From an uncultured delta proteobacterium (GTDB lineage Bacteria > Myxococcota_A > Polyangia > Polyangiales > JAFGIB01): DNA of 64,000 nucleotides. Below are positions 1 through 9,460 of the stretch, piece by piece. A program made the translations under genes and the position numbers. Location: assembly GCA_963778655.1 (NCBI GenBank), contig CAVZVA010000010.1:1312001-1376000 (forward strand). The letters run 5' to 3'. Within the stretch, counting starts at the first letter, position 1. The number at the start of each line of letters is the position of its first letter. The notes below the pieces were generated by a model that worked only from the letters and a program-made list of their open reading frames with translations, was not told where the DNA came from and did not search any database.

Positions 1-95
1 TTCGAGCGCAACTCGGCGCCGCGGCAAGCCGCCAAACGCAAGAAAGCACGGCGCTTCCCGGCTTTGACCCTTGCGCCGGAGCGCAGCCGCGCCGC

Positions 96-1577
96 TCATT
101 CCTTGTCGAGCTTGCCGACTAGCGAGAGCGTGAAGTCCGCGCCCATGTACTTGAAGTGCGGCCGAACCGAGAGGCTGCAGCGGTACCATCCCGGTTGCCC
201 CTCGACGTCTTCGACCTTGACCGAAGCCTCGCGCAGCGGGCGCCGCGAGCGTACCGACGGAGCGGGGTTGTCCATTTCGACCACGTACTGGCTGATCCAC
301 TTGTTGAGCTCGCGCTCGAGATCGCCGCGCTCCTTCCAGGTGCCGATCTGCTCGCGCTGCAGCACCTTCAGGTAGTGCGCCAGGCGTGTGATGATGAACA
401 TGTACGGCATCTGCGTGCCGAGCCTGAAGTTGGTCTCCGCGCGCTTGCCCTCGGGCGTGTTGCCGAACAGTTTGGGCTTCTGCGCCGAGTTGGCCGAGAA
501 GAAGCACGCGTTGTCGCTGTCCTTGCGATAGACCAGCGAGATGAAGCCCTGGTCGGAGAGCTCGAACTCCTGGCGCTCGGTGAGCTGCACCTCGGTCGGG
601 ATCTTGGTCTGCGTCTCACCCATCGCCTCGTACTGGTGCAGCGGCAGGTTCTCCACCGCGCCGCCCGCCTGCGGGCCGATGATGTTGGGGCACCAGCGGT
701 ACTTGGCGAAGCTCTCGTTGACGCGCGCGGCGAAAGCGAACGAGCTCGAGCCCCACAGGTACGAGTCGTGCTCGCCGGTGACCTCTTCCTGGAAGTTGAA
801 GCTCTTGACCGGGATGGTCTGCTCGCCGTAGGGCAGCCGCAGCAAGAAGCGAGGCAGCGTCAGCCCCACGTAGCGCGCGTCCTCGCTCTCGCGGAAGGAG
901 CGCCACTTGGCGTAGCGCGGGCCTTCGAAGATCGGTTGGAACTCCTTGATCTTCGACAGCTCGGGGTAGCTCTCCTCGCCGAAGAAGGTCGGCCCCGCGT
1001 TGGCGATGAAGGGCGCGTGCGCCATGGCCGCCACCGCGGCGCAGCTTTGCAGCAGCTCGAGATCCTGCGGGCCGATGCCGAAGTCGTAGTTCGAGACCAT
1101 CATCCCGTACGGCTGTCCGCCGAAGGTGCCGTATTCGGCCGAGTACGCGATGCGATACAGGCCTGACTTCACGACCTCGGGCGAGTCCTCGAAGTCCTCC
1201 TGCAGCGCGGACTTGGAGCAGTTGAGCACCTCGATGCGGGTGTTCTCGCGGAAGTCGGTGTTGTCGACCAGGTACTTCAACCCGCGCCACGCCGACTCCA
1301 GCTTCTGGACCTCGGGGTTGTGCAGGATCTGGTTGATCTGGTCCGACATACGCTTGTCGATCTCGGCGATCATCGAGTCGACCACGGCCTTGTCGATCTT
1401 GGCGCCCTTGTGGGTCGGGCCCAGCATTTCCTTGATGAAGGCCTCGACGCCCTTCTTGGCGACGGCGTACGAGTCCTCTTCGGGGCTGATCTTCGCTTCG
1501 GCGAGGATCTCGTCCAGCAGGTCGCCTTCCTTGGCGACTGCGGCGGCCTCGCCGCCTTGCGTCTTTTCGCTGCTCAT
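96..1577 (-). CDS. tssC: T6SS contractile sheath large subunit (TssC/VipB)
   Basis: 493 aa with typical VipB motifs: LESAWRGL, EYGTFGGQPYG, AMAHAPFIAN, YVGLTLPRFLLRLPYG, RLAHYLKVLQRE, LSLVGKLD. Confidence 0.97.
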   Translation of the reverse strand: MSSEKTQGGEAAAVAKEGDLLDEILAEAKISPEEDSYAVAKKGVEAFIKEMLGPTHKGAKIDKAVVDSMIAEIDKRMSDQINQILHNPEVQKLESAWRGLKYLVDNTDFRENTRIEVLNCSKSALQEDFEDSPEVVKSGLYRIAYSAEYGTFGGQPYGMMVSNYDFGIGPQDLELLQSCAAVAAMAHAPFIANAGPTFFGEESYPELSKIKEFQPIFEGPRYAKWRSFRESEDARYVGLTLPRFLLRLPYGEQTIPVKSFNFQEEVTGEHDSYLWGSSSFAFAARVNESFAKYRWCPNIIGPQAGGAVENLPLHQYEAMGETQTKIPTEVQLTERQEFELSDQGFISLVYRKDSDNACFFSANSAQKPKLFGNTPEGKRAETNFRLGTQMPYMFIITRLAHYLKVLQREQIGTWKERGDLERELNKWISQYVVEMDNPAPSVRSRRPLREASVKVEDVEGQPGWYRCSLSVRPHFKYMGADFTLSLVGKLDKE

Positions 1578-1615
1578 CCTGTGCCTCGAGTCATTGGGAA
1601 ACGGGTTGTGTCAGC

Positions 1616-2113
1616 TCACTCTTTTTTGTCGCCCGACAGCCCGAGCTCGGCGATTAGCTTCTGGCGCGCGTCTTCGTCGCCGAGCAACGTCTCGAGCTTC
1701 TTGCGGAAGTCGCGGCGCGAGCTCATCGGCCCCTTGAGCGCGGTCAGCGCGTCGCGCAGGTCGAGCAGCGTTTGCAGCTCCGGCACCTGGGCGACGATGC
1801 CCTCGGGCTCGAAATCCTTGAGCGACTTGAACTCCAGCTTGACCGCGATCTCCGCGCCCTCCTGGCCCGAGAGCGCGTCGGGCACCTGGGCGGTGATACC
1901 GAGCTTGTGCTCGCGCAGCACGTCGGTGAAGTTGTCCTTGTTGATGTTGATCGGCTTGCGATCCTCGAGCGGCGTGTCGTCCGGGCGCCCGGTGTAATCG
2001 CCGATGGCCAGCACCTTGAGCGGCAGCTCGGTCTCGGCCTGCGCGTCTCCGGTCGCCGACTTGTAGGTGATGTTTACACGCTCTTTGGGTGCGACCGTTG
2101 CGTCCTTCGCCAT
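1616..2113 (-). CDS. tssB: T6SS contractile sheath small subunit (TssB/VipA)
   Basis: C-terminal part of ORF 1616..3328. ATG at 2113 follows GGAGG. MAKDATVAPKERVNITY...ELPLKVLAIGDYTG...FKSLKDFEPEGIVAQVPEL; lies directly upstream of tssC. Confidence 0.96.
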   Translation of the reverse strand: MAKDATVAPKERVNITYKSATGDAQAETELPLKVLAIGDYTGRPDDTPLEDRKPININKDNFTDVLREHKLGITAQVPDALSGQEGAEIAVKLEFKSLKDFEPEGIVAQVPELQTLLDLRDALTALKGPMSSRRDFRKKLETLLGDEDARQKLIAELGLSGDKKE

Positions 2114-2178
2114 AACCCCTCCAACAGGATCCGTTGTTCTCGTGCGGGTGGTTCGGGTTGCGTGCGCCTTGCCACGCC

Positions 2179-4503
2179 TTACTGGCTCGTCTCGAGGGCC
2201 CGGCGCGGGTCCACCCGACACAGCCGAGCGTATACCAGGGGAACCCGCTGAGCCATTTCCGGGCCGCCGCCCCCCCGATTTAGGCAGGTTAGGTAGCTGG
2301 CCAGACAGTCGGCCGCAAGCTCCGGCTCCCATTCGCACAGGCCGCGCTGCTCGATTTCGTCGTACAGCGTGGCAAACAGGCCCGCCGCGAGCTGGGCGTC
2401 CCCACCGGTCAGCACCGCGTTGGCCAGCGCCAGCCGCACCATGAAGCGCTCGCGGGCCGTGCGCACGCCGCGCAGGATCTCCTCGAACGCCGCCACCGCC
2501 TGGGGCTTCTTGCCGGCCAGAGCGAGCGCGCGCGCCGCGGCCAGCGCCTCGGCCGGCAGCTCGGATGGCGCGGCCCCGCCCTTGGCCTCGCCCGGGCCGC
2601 CGCCGCCACGCAGGATTTCGCTGCGGATCAGCTCGCGCGTGTCGGCATCCGCGAATGGCGTGCCGTTGCTGAAGCACAGCTCGAGCACGCCCGGCAGCCG
2701 GCGCAGCAGCGCCCCGAGCTCGGCCTCCACCACGCGCCGGCAGCCGTCGTAGTCGCCGCCCAGCCGGGCCAGCGCCACGTGTACGAAGCGGTGCATGTCC
2801 AGAAACAGAGGATTGCTGGTGGCGCTGCCCTCGGCCGCGTCGAGCAGCGCCTCCCAGCGCTGCTCGACGAACAGGCCGCGGATCTCGCCGGTCTCGCCCG
2901 CGTCCGGGGCCGGGATGAAGGTCACCCGGTCGCGGCTCGGCGGCTCCTCGTCGAGCTCGAGCGCGGCTCCGAGCCGTGGCAGCAAGTACGAAAGCGGCTC
3001 CTTGGGGTTGGCCTTGCGCAGCGCCTTGCCAGCGTCCGCCAGCGCGCCGTGGACCGTGGCCAGGTAGCGATTGAGCTCGCCGCGGTTCGCGATCGACGGC
3101 GCCTCGCCCGAGGGCAGCGCCACGCTGGTGGCCGCATCCGTCGCCGGGGCGGCGCCCGCCGGCTTCGCCTCGGTGGCCTGTTTGGCGGCGGGCCGGGCCG
3201 CCTTGCGTTCGGCTGCGGCGGCCCGCTCCTGCTGCGAGGCGCGCAGCCGCTCGACCTGCTCGAGCAACGGCTGCACCGCCGGGCGGTGCGCGTCTTCGAA
3301 GCGCTCGCCGACCTGATCGGCCAGCCACTGCGCCGCGGCCGCGAGCGGCTCGAGCGCGGCCGCGTCCTGCTTGGCGAGCGTGCGCTCGCTCAGCGCCGAA
3401 AGCCGCCCCAGCAACCAGCCGAGCGCCGCCGCGCGGGCTTTCTGGCTACGCGCCATGTCGGGGAACAGCCCTTCCCAGTAGCGCTCCAGCAGCGCCGCCA
3501 GCAGCGCCAGCCCCGAAGCGAGCCCCGCCAGGCCCTGCTCCTGGTACAGGCCGTAGGCCGCGTAGGCCGCGGGCAGCAGGTCCTTACTGCGCTGGGTCAG
3601 GAGCGTGCGGCTCTTGTCCACGACCTTTTTCCACGCGACCGGATGGCCGGTGGGCGTGTCGAGCTGCTTGATGGTCGCGCGCAGCTCCTCGTGCAGCGGG
3701 TCGTAGCGCGCGTCCTTGCCGGTCGGCGCCTCGGCCGAGACCGGCTCGAGCCAGTCGAGCACCGGCTCGAGCGCGCGCGCGCGCAAGATCTCGGAGCCAT
3801 CCGGCGCGGGGGCGGCCTCGGCCGCCTCGGGTGCGGCCTCGGCGGGCTGCTCGGCGGCGTGGGTCGGGGCTGCGGCCCCGTTGGTCGGCGCCTCGGCTGC
3901 AGCCGCCGCAGCGCTCGGACCGGCGCCTGCCGCCGCCGCCGTGCCCGGCGTTGCGCTGCGTGCCTGTTGCAGCGCCGCCTGCAGCGGGGTGAGCGCCGGG
4001 GAGGCCTGGTCGAAGCGCGCCTGCACCAGCTCCGAGAGCCGCGCGGTGGCCGCGTCGAGCTCGTCCAGCAAGGCCGCCTCCGTTTCCTGCACGCCCGAGA
4101 GCGCGAGCCGCGTGCCGGCGCGCTCCGCGAACCACGCGATCGCGCCCGCGCGCGCCTTCAGGCGCTGCGGCGGCGGAAACAGCCCTTCCCATGCCTGCTC
4201 CAGCAGCTCGCACAGCGCGGTCACGCCGGCCAGCAGCCCGTGCAGCGACTCGGCTTCGTACAGCGCGTGCGCCGCGTAGGCCGCGATCAGCAAGTCCTTG
4301 CTGCGCGCGGCCAGCAGCGCCTCGCCCTCGCGCAGCACCTTGGCCCAGTCGACCTCGCCGCCGCCGGGCGCGTCGAGCTTGGCCACCTCGGCGCGCACCG
4401 CCTCGTGCTCGGGGTCGTAGCGCGCGTCGGTGCCGAACGGCGACGGCCCCGGCACCGGTTGCAGCCAGCTCTGCACCCGCAGCCGCGCCTGCTCGAGGCT
4501 CAT
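2179..4503 (-). CDS. tssA: T6SS TssA with two tandem ImpA_N domains and a VasJ-like C-terminus (774 aa)
   Basis: Start MSLEQARL at 4503 overlaps the SDR stop (ATGA). Two copies of W-L-x-P...G-x-D-A-R-Y-D-P...W...SKDLL-x-AAY. C-terminal region has LFLDMHRF, RLPGVLELCFSNGTPFAD and LCEWEPELA. Confidence 0.92.
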   Translation of the reverse strand: MSLEQARLRVQSWLQPVPGPSPFGTDARYDPEHEAVRAEVAKLDAPGGGEVDWAKVLREGEALLAARSKDLLIAAYAAHALYEAESLHGLLAGVTALCELLEQAWEGLFPPPQRLKARAGAIAWFAERAGTRLALSGVQETEAALLDELDAATARLSELVQARFDQASPALTPLQAALQQARSATPGTAAAAGAGPSAAAAAAEAPTNGAAAPTHAAEQPAEAAPEAAEAAPAPDGSEILRARALEPVLDWLEPVSAEAPTGKDARYDPLHEELRATIKQLDTPTGHPVAWKKVVDKSRTLLTQRSKDLLPAAYAAYGLYQEQGLAGLASGLALLAALLERYWEGLFPDMARSQKARAAALGWLLGRLSALSERTLAKQDAAALEPLAAAAQWLADQVGERFEDAHRPAVQPLLEQVERLRASQQERAAAAERKAARPAAKQATEAKPAGAAPATDAATSVALPSGEAPSIANRGELNRYLATVHGALADAGKALRKANPKEPLSYLLPRLGAALELDEEPPSRDRVTFIPAPDAGETGEIRGLFVEQRWEALLDAAEGSATSNPLFLDMHRFVHVALARLGGDYDGCRRVVEAELGALLRRLPGVLELCFSNGTPFADADTRELIRSEILRGGGGPGEAKGGAAPSELPAEALAAARALALAGKKPQAVAAFEEILRGVRTARERFMVRLALANAVLTGGDAQLAAGLFATLYDEIEQRGLCEWEPELAADCLASYLTCLNRGGGGPEMAQRVPLVYARLCRVDPRRALETSQ

Positions 4504-5348
4504 GGCGGCTCCTCGCGCGCGGGCGTGGCCGCGGCATTGCCGCGCAGAAAGTCCCGGGCCGTGCGCGCCATGAAGCGGCCGATCGGATCGAGCAGCCACC
4601 ACGGCAGCATGCTCAGCCAGCCGAGCACGTAGGCATCGGGGCCGTAGCGCACCATGCCGCGGTTGCGCCGCACCGCGCGCACCGCCTTGCGCGCGAGCCC
4701 CTCGGGCGGCGGCGAGCGCCCCACCATCGGCTCCATGTCGACGTGCTCCAGGCCCACGCCCGGCGCGCGGTAGATGCCGGTCTTGACCACGCCCGGACAC
4801 AACACGGTCACGCCCACGCCGCTGCTGGCCAGCTCCCAGCGCAGCTGCTGGCTGAAGGCGACCACCGCGTGCTTGCTGGTCCCGTACGAGCTCATGCCCG
4901 GCATCGGCAGCAGGCCGGCCGCCGAGGCGGTGTTGATCAGATGGCCTTCGCCCTGGCTTACGAAATGCGCGCCGAACACGCGCGAGCCGTGGATCACGCC
5001 CCACAGGTTGGTGTCGAGCACGCGCCGCCACTGCTCGGTGGGCGAGTCGAGCATGGAGGCGGCGTGGAACACGCCGGCGTTGTTGACCATCAGGTGACAG
5101 CCGCCCAGCGCGGACAGCGTCTGCTGCAGCAGCAGCTCGATCTGCGACAGCTCGCGCACGTCGGTGGGCACGCACAGGGTGCGGCGACCCAGCGCCTCGA
5201 TGCTCTGCGCGGTGACCTGGGCCGCGGCGGGGTCGAAGTCGGCCAGCGCCACGTGCATGCCGGCGTGCGCCAGCTCGAGCGCGAGGGCGCGACCGATGCC
5301 GCCCCCCGCACCGGTCACCACCGCCACCCGATCCTGCAGGACCCGCAT
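4500..5348 (-). CDS. Short-chain dehydrogenase/reductase (SDR)
   Basis: TGAGGGIG Rossmann motif, NNAG, catalytic YGTSK. Confidence 0.93.
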   Translation of the reverse strand: MRVLQDRVAVVTGAGGGIGRALALELAHAGMHVALADFDPAAAQVTAQSIEALGRRTLCVPTDVRELSQIELLLQQTLSALGGCHLMVNNAGVFHAASMLDSPTEQWRRVLDTNLWGVIHGSRVFGAHFVSQGEGHLINTASAAGLLPMPGMSSYGTSKHAVVAFSQQLRWELASSGVGVTVLCPGVVKTGIYRAPGVGLEHVDMEPMVGRSPPPEGLARKAVRAVRRNRGMVRYGPDAYVLGWLSMLPWWLLDPIGRFMARTARDFLRGNAAATPAREEPP

Positions 5349-5520
5349 CTCCCTCGCCTTATATCATCTGTGTCCGGCCCGCGGCGGCGCTGCGAGCGAC
5401 CGGACCCGGGGAAATCGAGGAAAAATTGTGCGCGCTTGGATTCGAAGCCGAGCCTTGTTACAGATTCCAGGTTCGGAGCGCGGGCTGGCAGTCGGCCCGA
5501 GCTTGCGCGTCGAATCGAGC

Positions 5521-6999
5521 GTGGTGGCGGCACAACGAATCGCGATCATCGGGGCCGGAATCGGCGGTCTCGCCAGCGCGCTTGCGCTCGAGCGCAGCGG
5601 CCACGAGATCGTGATCGTCGAGCGCGATCCCGAGCCGCCCGCGATCGCGCCCGAGGAGGCGTTCGAGCACTGGCCGCGGCCGGGCGTGCCGCAGTTCCGC
5701 CACGCCCACATCCTGCTCTCGCGCGTGCAGACGCTGCTGCGCGACCACCACCCGGAGGTGCTGCAGGAGATGCTGCAAGCCGGGCTCGAGCTGTCCACGC
5801 TGCAGGAGCTGCTGCCGCCGACGCAGCGCGATGGCTTCAAGACCGAGCCGGGCGACGAGGACCTGCGTCACCTGTGGGGCCGGCGGGCGACCTTCGAGTA
5901 CGTGCTGCGCCGGCACGTGGGCCAGCTGCCCAACGTGCGCTTCATCCACGGCGCGCGCGTCACGGGCTTGCTGACCGAGGCCGACGCGCGGCAGGTGCGC
6001 GTGCGCGGGCTCGAGCTCACGCAGGGCGACAAGCCCGAGAGCTTGCAGGCCGACATCGTGGTCGACGCCTCGGGCAAGCACAGCAAGGCGCCGCAGTGGT
6101 TGCAGGAAATGGGCGTGCAGATCGCCACCGACAGCCGGCCCTCGGGTTTCGTGTATTCCTGCAGACACTACCGGCTCAAGGATCCGCAGGCGGCTCTGCC
6201 GCGCCTCGACGGCGGCGGCAATCTCGACTATCTCGGCTACGCCACGTTCTACGCGGAGCACGGCCACTACGCGCTGACGCTGGGTTGCCCGGTGGAGGAA
6301 CAGGAGCTGGTCGAGGCGATGCGCCGCCCGGAGGGCTTCGACGCGGTGTGCGAGCAGCTTCCGGTGTTCAAGCAGTGGACGAGCCAGTCCGAGGTCCGCA
6401 GCAAAGTGCTGGGCGCCGGCCGCTTCGAGAACCGTTGGACGCACTATCGCGGGCGCGGCGGTCCCGAGTTGCTCGGCTTCTTCGCGGTCGGCGACTCGCT
6501 GCTCGAGACCAACCCGATGTACGGGCGCGGCTGCGCGTCGGCGTTCGTGCAGGCGCACGTGCTTTCGGACGTGCTGGCCCAGAGCGAGGACCCGAGCGAG
6601 CGCGCGCGCCGCTACTACACGCGCGCCCACAAGCTGCTGCAGCCGTACTTCAACGTCAGCGTGGACACCGACCACATCTACCGCGCCCGCGCGCGGCTGG
6701 CGCGCGGGGCCGAGGTGCCGCTGCGCAATCGGATCATCATCTACCTGTTCGACGCGGCCTGGCTGCCGGCGATGCGCACCAACCCGCTGGTGGCGCGCGA
6801 GTTCGTCAAGGCGGTGCAGATGCGCGAGATCTCGAGCGTGGGCGTGCGCATCGCGATGGTGCTGCAGATCCTGCGCGCCTTCGTGCGCAGCCTGTTCCGG
6901 CGCGGGGAGCACGCGTTGCCGGCGCTGCAGTTGCCGCGCGCGGAGTTTCTGCGCAGGGTGGCCGCGGCGCGTGGCACATCGGACAGGCCGCCGGCATGA
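5521..6999 (+). CDS. FAD-dependent oxidoreductase/monooxygenase
   Basis: IAIIGAGIGG dinucleotide motif right after GTG 5521/5524; ADIVVDASG; AVGDSLLETNPMYGRG. Start approximate. Confidence 0.88.
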   Translation: MVAAQRIAIIGAGIGGLASALALERSGHEIVIVERDPEPPAIAPEEAFEHWPRPGVPQFRHAHILLSRVQTLLRDHHPEVLQEMLQAGLELSTLQELLPPTQRDGFKTEPGDEDLRHLWGRRATFEYVLRRHVGQLPNVRFIHGARVTGLLTEADARQVRVRGLELTQGDKPESLQADIVVDASGKHSKAPQWLQEMGVQIATDSRPSGFVYSCRHYRLKDPQAALPRLDGGGNLDYLGYATFYAEHGHYALTLGCPVEEQELVEAMRRPEGFDAVCEQLPVFKQWTSQSEVRSKVLGAGRFENRWTHYRGRGGPELLGFFAVGDSLLETNPMYGRGCASAFVQAHVLSDVLAQSEDPSERARRYYTRAHKLLQPYFNVSVDTDHIYRARARLARGAEVPLRNRIIIYLFDAAWLPAMRTNPLVAREFVKAVQMREISSVGVRIAMVLQILRAFVRSLFRRGEHALPALQLPRAEFLRRVAAARGTSDRPPA

Positions 7000-8153
7000 G
7001 CCGCGACTACGACGTGGTGGTGTTCGGGGCCACCGGGTTTACGGGTGGGCTGACCGCGGCGTACCTGGCTGCGCACGCGCCAGCGGAGCTGCGCTGGGCG
7101 ATCGCGGGGCGCAGCGCGGACAAGCTCGACGCGCTGCGGGCGAAGCTGGCCGCACAGCATCCGGGCGGCCGCGCGCCGGGCACGCTGCTGGCGAGCGTGG
7201 ACGACGCGGCCTCGCTGCAGCACATGGCCGCCAGCACGCGCGTGCTGCTGAGCACGGTGGGGCCGTTCATCGACTACGGCGAGCCGGTGGTGCGCGCGTG
7301 CGTGGAGCAAGGCACCGACTACGTCGACAGCACGGGCGAGACGCAGTTCGTGCAGAAGGTGCTCGCGCGCTACGGCGAGCCGGCGCGCGAGCGCGGTGTG
7401 CGGATCGTGAACAGCTGCGGGTTCGACAGCATCCCGACCGACCTCGGCGCGCTGTACACGGTGCGGCAGCTGCCACGCGGGCGGCCGATCGCGCTCGAGG
7501 GCTATGTGAGCTTGCGCGGGGTGTTCTCGGGCGGCACCGAGCGCTCGGCGATCAAGACGCTGGCGCCTTCGTCTGAGCCGGCGCCGGCGAGCGAGCTCTC
7601 GCTCGTGGGCGGGCGGCGTGTGCGCGTGCTGACGCCGAAGACGCGCTACGCTCGCGAGCAGGGCGGCTGGACCTCGCCGATGCCGACGCTCGACCCACAG
7701 ATCGTGCTGCGCAGCGCCGCGAGCCTGGAAGCGTACGGCCCGGACTTCAGCTACGCGCATCACGTGGTGCACGCGTCGCTGTTTCACATGCTGGCCGCGG
7801 CGTGGGTGTTCGGCTGGCTGGCGCTGCTGGCGCGCTTCGCGCCGACGCGTGCGCTGCTGCTGAAGCTGGTGAAGAAGTCGGGCCAGGGGCCGACGCAGGC
7901 GCAGATGGATCGCGGCTGGTTCAAAGTCAGGTTCGTGGCGCAGTGCGACGGGCAGACGCTGCAGACGGAGGTGGCAGGCGGGGACCCGGGCTACGGCGAG
8001 ACGAGCAAGATGCTTGCTGAGTCGGCGCTGTGCCTGGCGCTCGATGGTGACGCGCTGCCGGCGCGCGCGGGGGTGCTGACCACGGCCGAGGCGATGGGGG
8101 ATGCGTTGATCGCGCGCTTGCAGCGGGCGGGGTTGACGTTTCGGGTGGTGTGA
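6996..8153 (+). CDS. Saccharopine dehydrogenase-like NAD(P)-binding oxidoreductase
   Basis: MSRDYDVVVFGATGFTG, STVGPF..YGEPVVRAC, SCGFDSIPTDLG, GDPGYGETSKM. ATGA overlap with the upstream gene. Confidence 0.9.
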   Translation: MSRDYDVVVFGATGFTGGLTAAYLAAHAPAELRWAIAGRSADKLDALRAKLAAQHPGGRAPGTLLASVDDAASLQHMAASTRVLLSTVGPFIDYGEPVVRACVEQGTDYVDSTGETQFVQKVLARYGEPARERGVRIVNSCGFDSIPTDLGALYTVRQLPRGRPIALEGYVSLRGVFSGGTERSAIKTLAPSSEPAPASELSLVGGRRVRVLTPKTRYAREQGGWTSPMPTLDPQIVLRSAASLEAYGPDFSYAHHVVHASLFHMLAAAWVFGWLALLARFAPTRALLLKLVKKSGQGPTQAQMDRGWFKVRFVAQCDGQTLQTEVAGGDPGYGETSKMLAESALCLALDGDALPARAGVLTTAEAMGDALIARLQRAGLTFRVV

Positions 8154-8612
8154 GCGCGGCGCGCGCATGCGCGCGCGATGAGGAGTTGCGCTGAGCAGCT
8201 GTTGGCGCAGGCGGGCACCGCGCTAAGAGCAGAAGCGGATCGTGCTGGGTGGCCTCGCGGGGTCGGGGGCCCGGGGTTCGGGACGGGCGGGTTGCACTTG
8301 CGGCGGTTGACGCAGGCGCTTCGAGCTCATCCTGCGCCGCGCAACCCGCCCTCGAACGCGCGCGCCAAGCGGGCGTTGCCCGCGTGCGCTTGGCACGCGC
8401 GTACGCCCTCACCCCGGGCCCCCGAGCCCGCGAGGCCTTGCGTGGGACGCAGTCGGGTGCCGCGCGGGGTGGCGTGCAGCGCGCGCCGCGCGGTGAGGTG
8501 TGGGGAAGATCGTGTTCGGCAGCGTGGCGGGGTGCGCGCGGGTCTCAGCGCCGAGTGCGAGACGAGGCGGCCCCGTTTGACAGCGGTGTGTGGGCGGGCC
8601 AGATCCGCGGGC

Positions 8613-9341
8613 ATGGAAGGCGCGGCACCGGCGGCCCGGATCGCGATCGTCGGCGACTATGACCCGTCGTCTGCCAACCATGGGGCGACGTATGCGGGGT
8701 TGCAGCATGCGGCGTGCGCATTGGGGCTGGCGCCGCGGATCGATTGGATTGCGACCGAGGCGGCTGCGCGGAGCGATGCGGCGCTGGCGGGCGTCGACGG
8801 CGTGTTCGTCACCACTGGCAGCCCGTACAAGAGCCTTGCCGGCGCGTGCCGCGCGATCGAGCTGGCGCGCACGCGGGCGATTCCGCTGTTGGGGACATGC
8901 GGTGGCTTTCAGCACGTGGTGCTGGAGCATGCGCGCAACGTGCTCGGCGCCCCGGACGCGATGCACGCCGAGTACGATCCGGACGCGTCGCGGCTGTTCA
9001 TCTCGCGCCTGGCCTGCTCGCTCGCGGGCAAGACCATGGCCGTGAGGCTGGAGCCGGCGAGCCGGGCGTACGACGCGTACGGCGGCGCGCACGCCGAGGA
9101 GCGCTACTACTGCAGCTTCGGCGTGAGCCCGGAGCACGTGGCCGATCTGGAGCGCGGTGGGCTGCGCATCGGCGGCCGCGATCCGGACGGCGAGCCGCGC
9201 ATCGTCGAGCGCCCCGAGCAGCCGTTCTTCGTGGCCACGCTGTTCGTGCCGCAGGCGCGCTCCATGCCGGAGCGGCCGCATCCGCTGCTCTTGGCATATC
9301 TGCGAGCCGTCGCGGTGCGCGCGCGACGCGCCGCGGGCTGA
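8613..9341 (+). CDS. Stand-alone CTP synthase-type glutamine amidotransferase domain protein
   Basis: RIAIVGDY...SANH, LLGTCGGFQH nucleophile elbow, ERYYCSFG, PFFVATLFVPQ. No synthetase domain. Confidence 0.85.
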   Translation: MEGAAPAARIAIVGDYDPSSANHGATYAGLQHAACALGLAPRIDWIATEAAARSDAALAGVDGVFVTTGSPYKSLAGACRAIELARTRAIPLLGTCGGFQHVVLEHARNVLGAPDAMHAEYDPDASRLFISRLACSLAGKTMAVRLEPASRAYDAYGGAHAEERYYCSFGVSPEHVADLERGGLRIGGRDPDGEPRIVERPEQPFFVATLFVPQARSMPERPHPLLLAYLRAVAVRARRAAG

Positions 9342-9460
9342 GGGCGCCCGTCGTCGCGTGGACCGCCGAGCAAGCGCTCGTGTCGCACGGCGTCCGATTG
9401 CGCCTGGCCCGGGTCGGGCCGCACACTGCAACTGGGCCCTGGGAAGGGATGGGGCCGGCG

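Noticed and set aside
30..66. Possible terminator downstream of tssC (GGGAAGC-GCCGT-GCTTTCT on the minus strand)
   Set aside because: Weak stem with G-U pairs, no clean U-tract, and at the window edge.
4191..6995. Apparent 1320-aa ORF 4191..8153 and similar long N-terminal extensions (2179..5175, 1616..3328, 44767..48957)
   Set aside because: Arg/Ala/Pro-rich shadow translation caused by high GC. The real genes start at internal codons (6996, 4503, 2113, 45364).
8160..8175. Perfect palindrome CGCGCGCATGCGCGCG
   Set aside because: Low-complexity CG alternation, expected by chance at this GC content.
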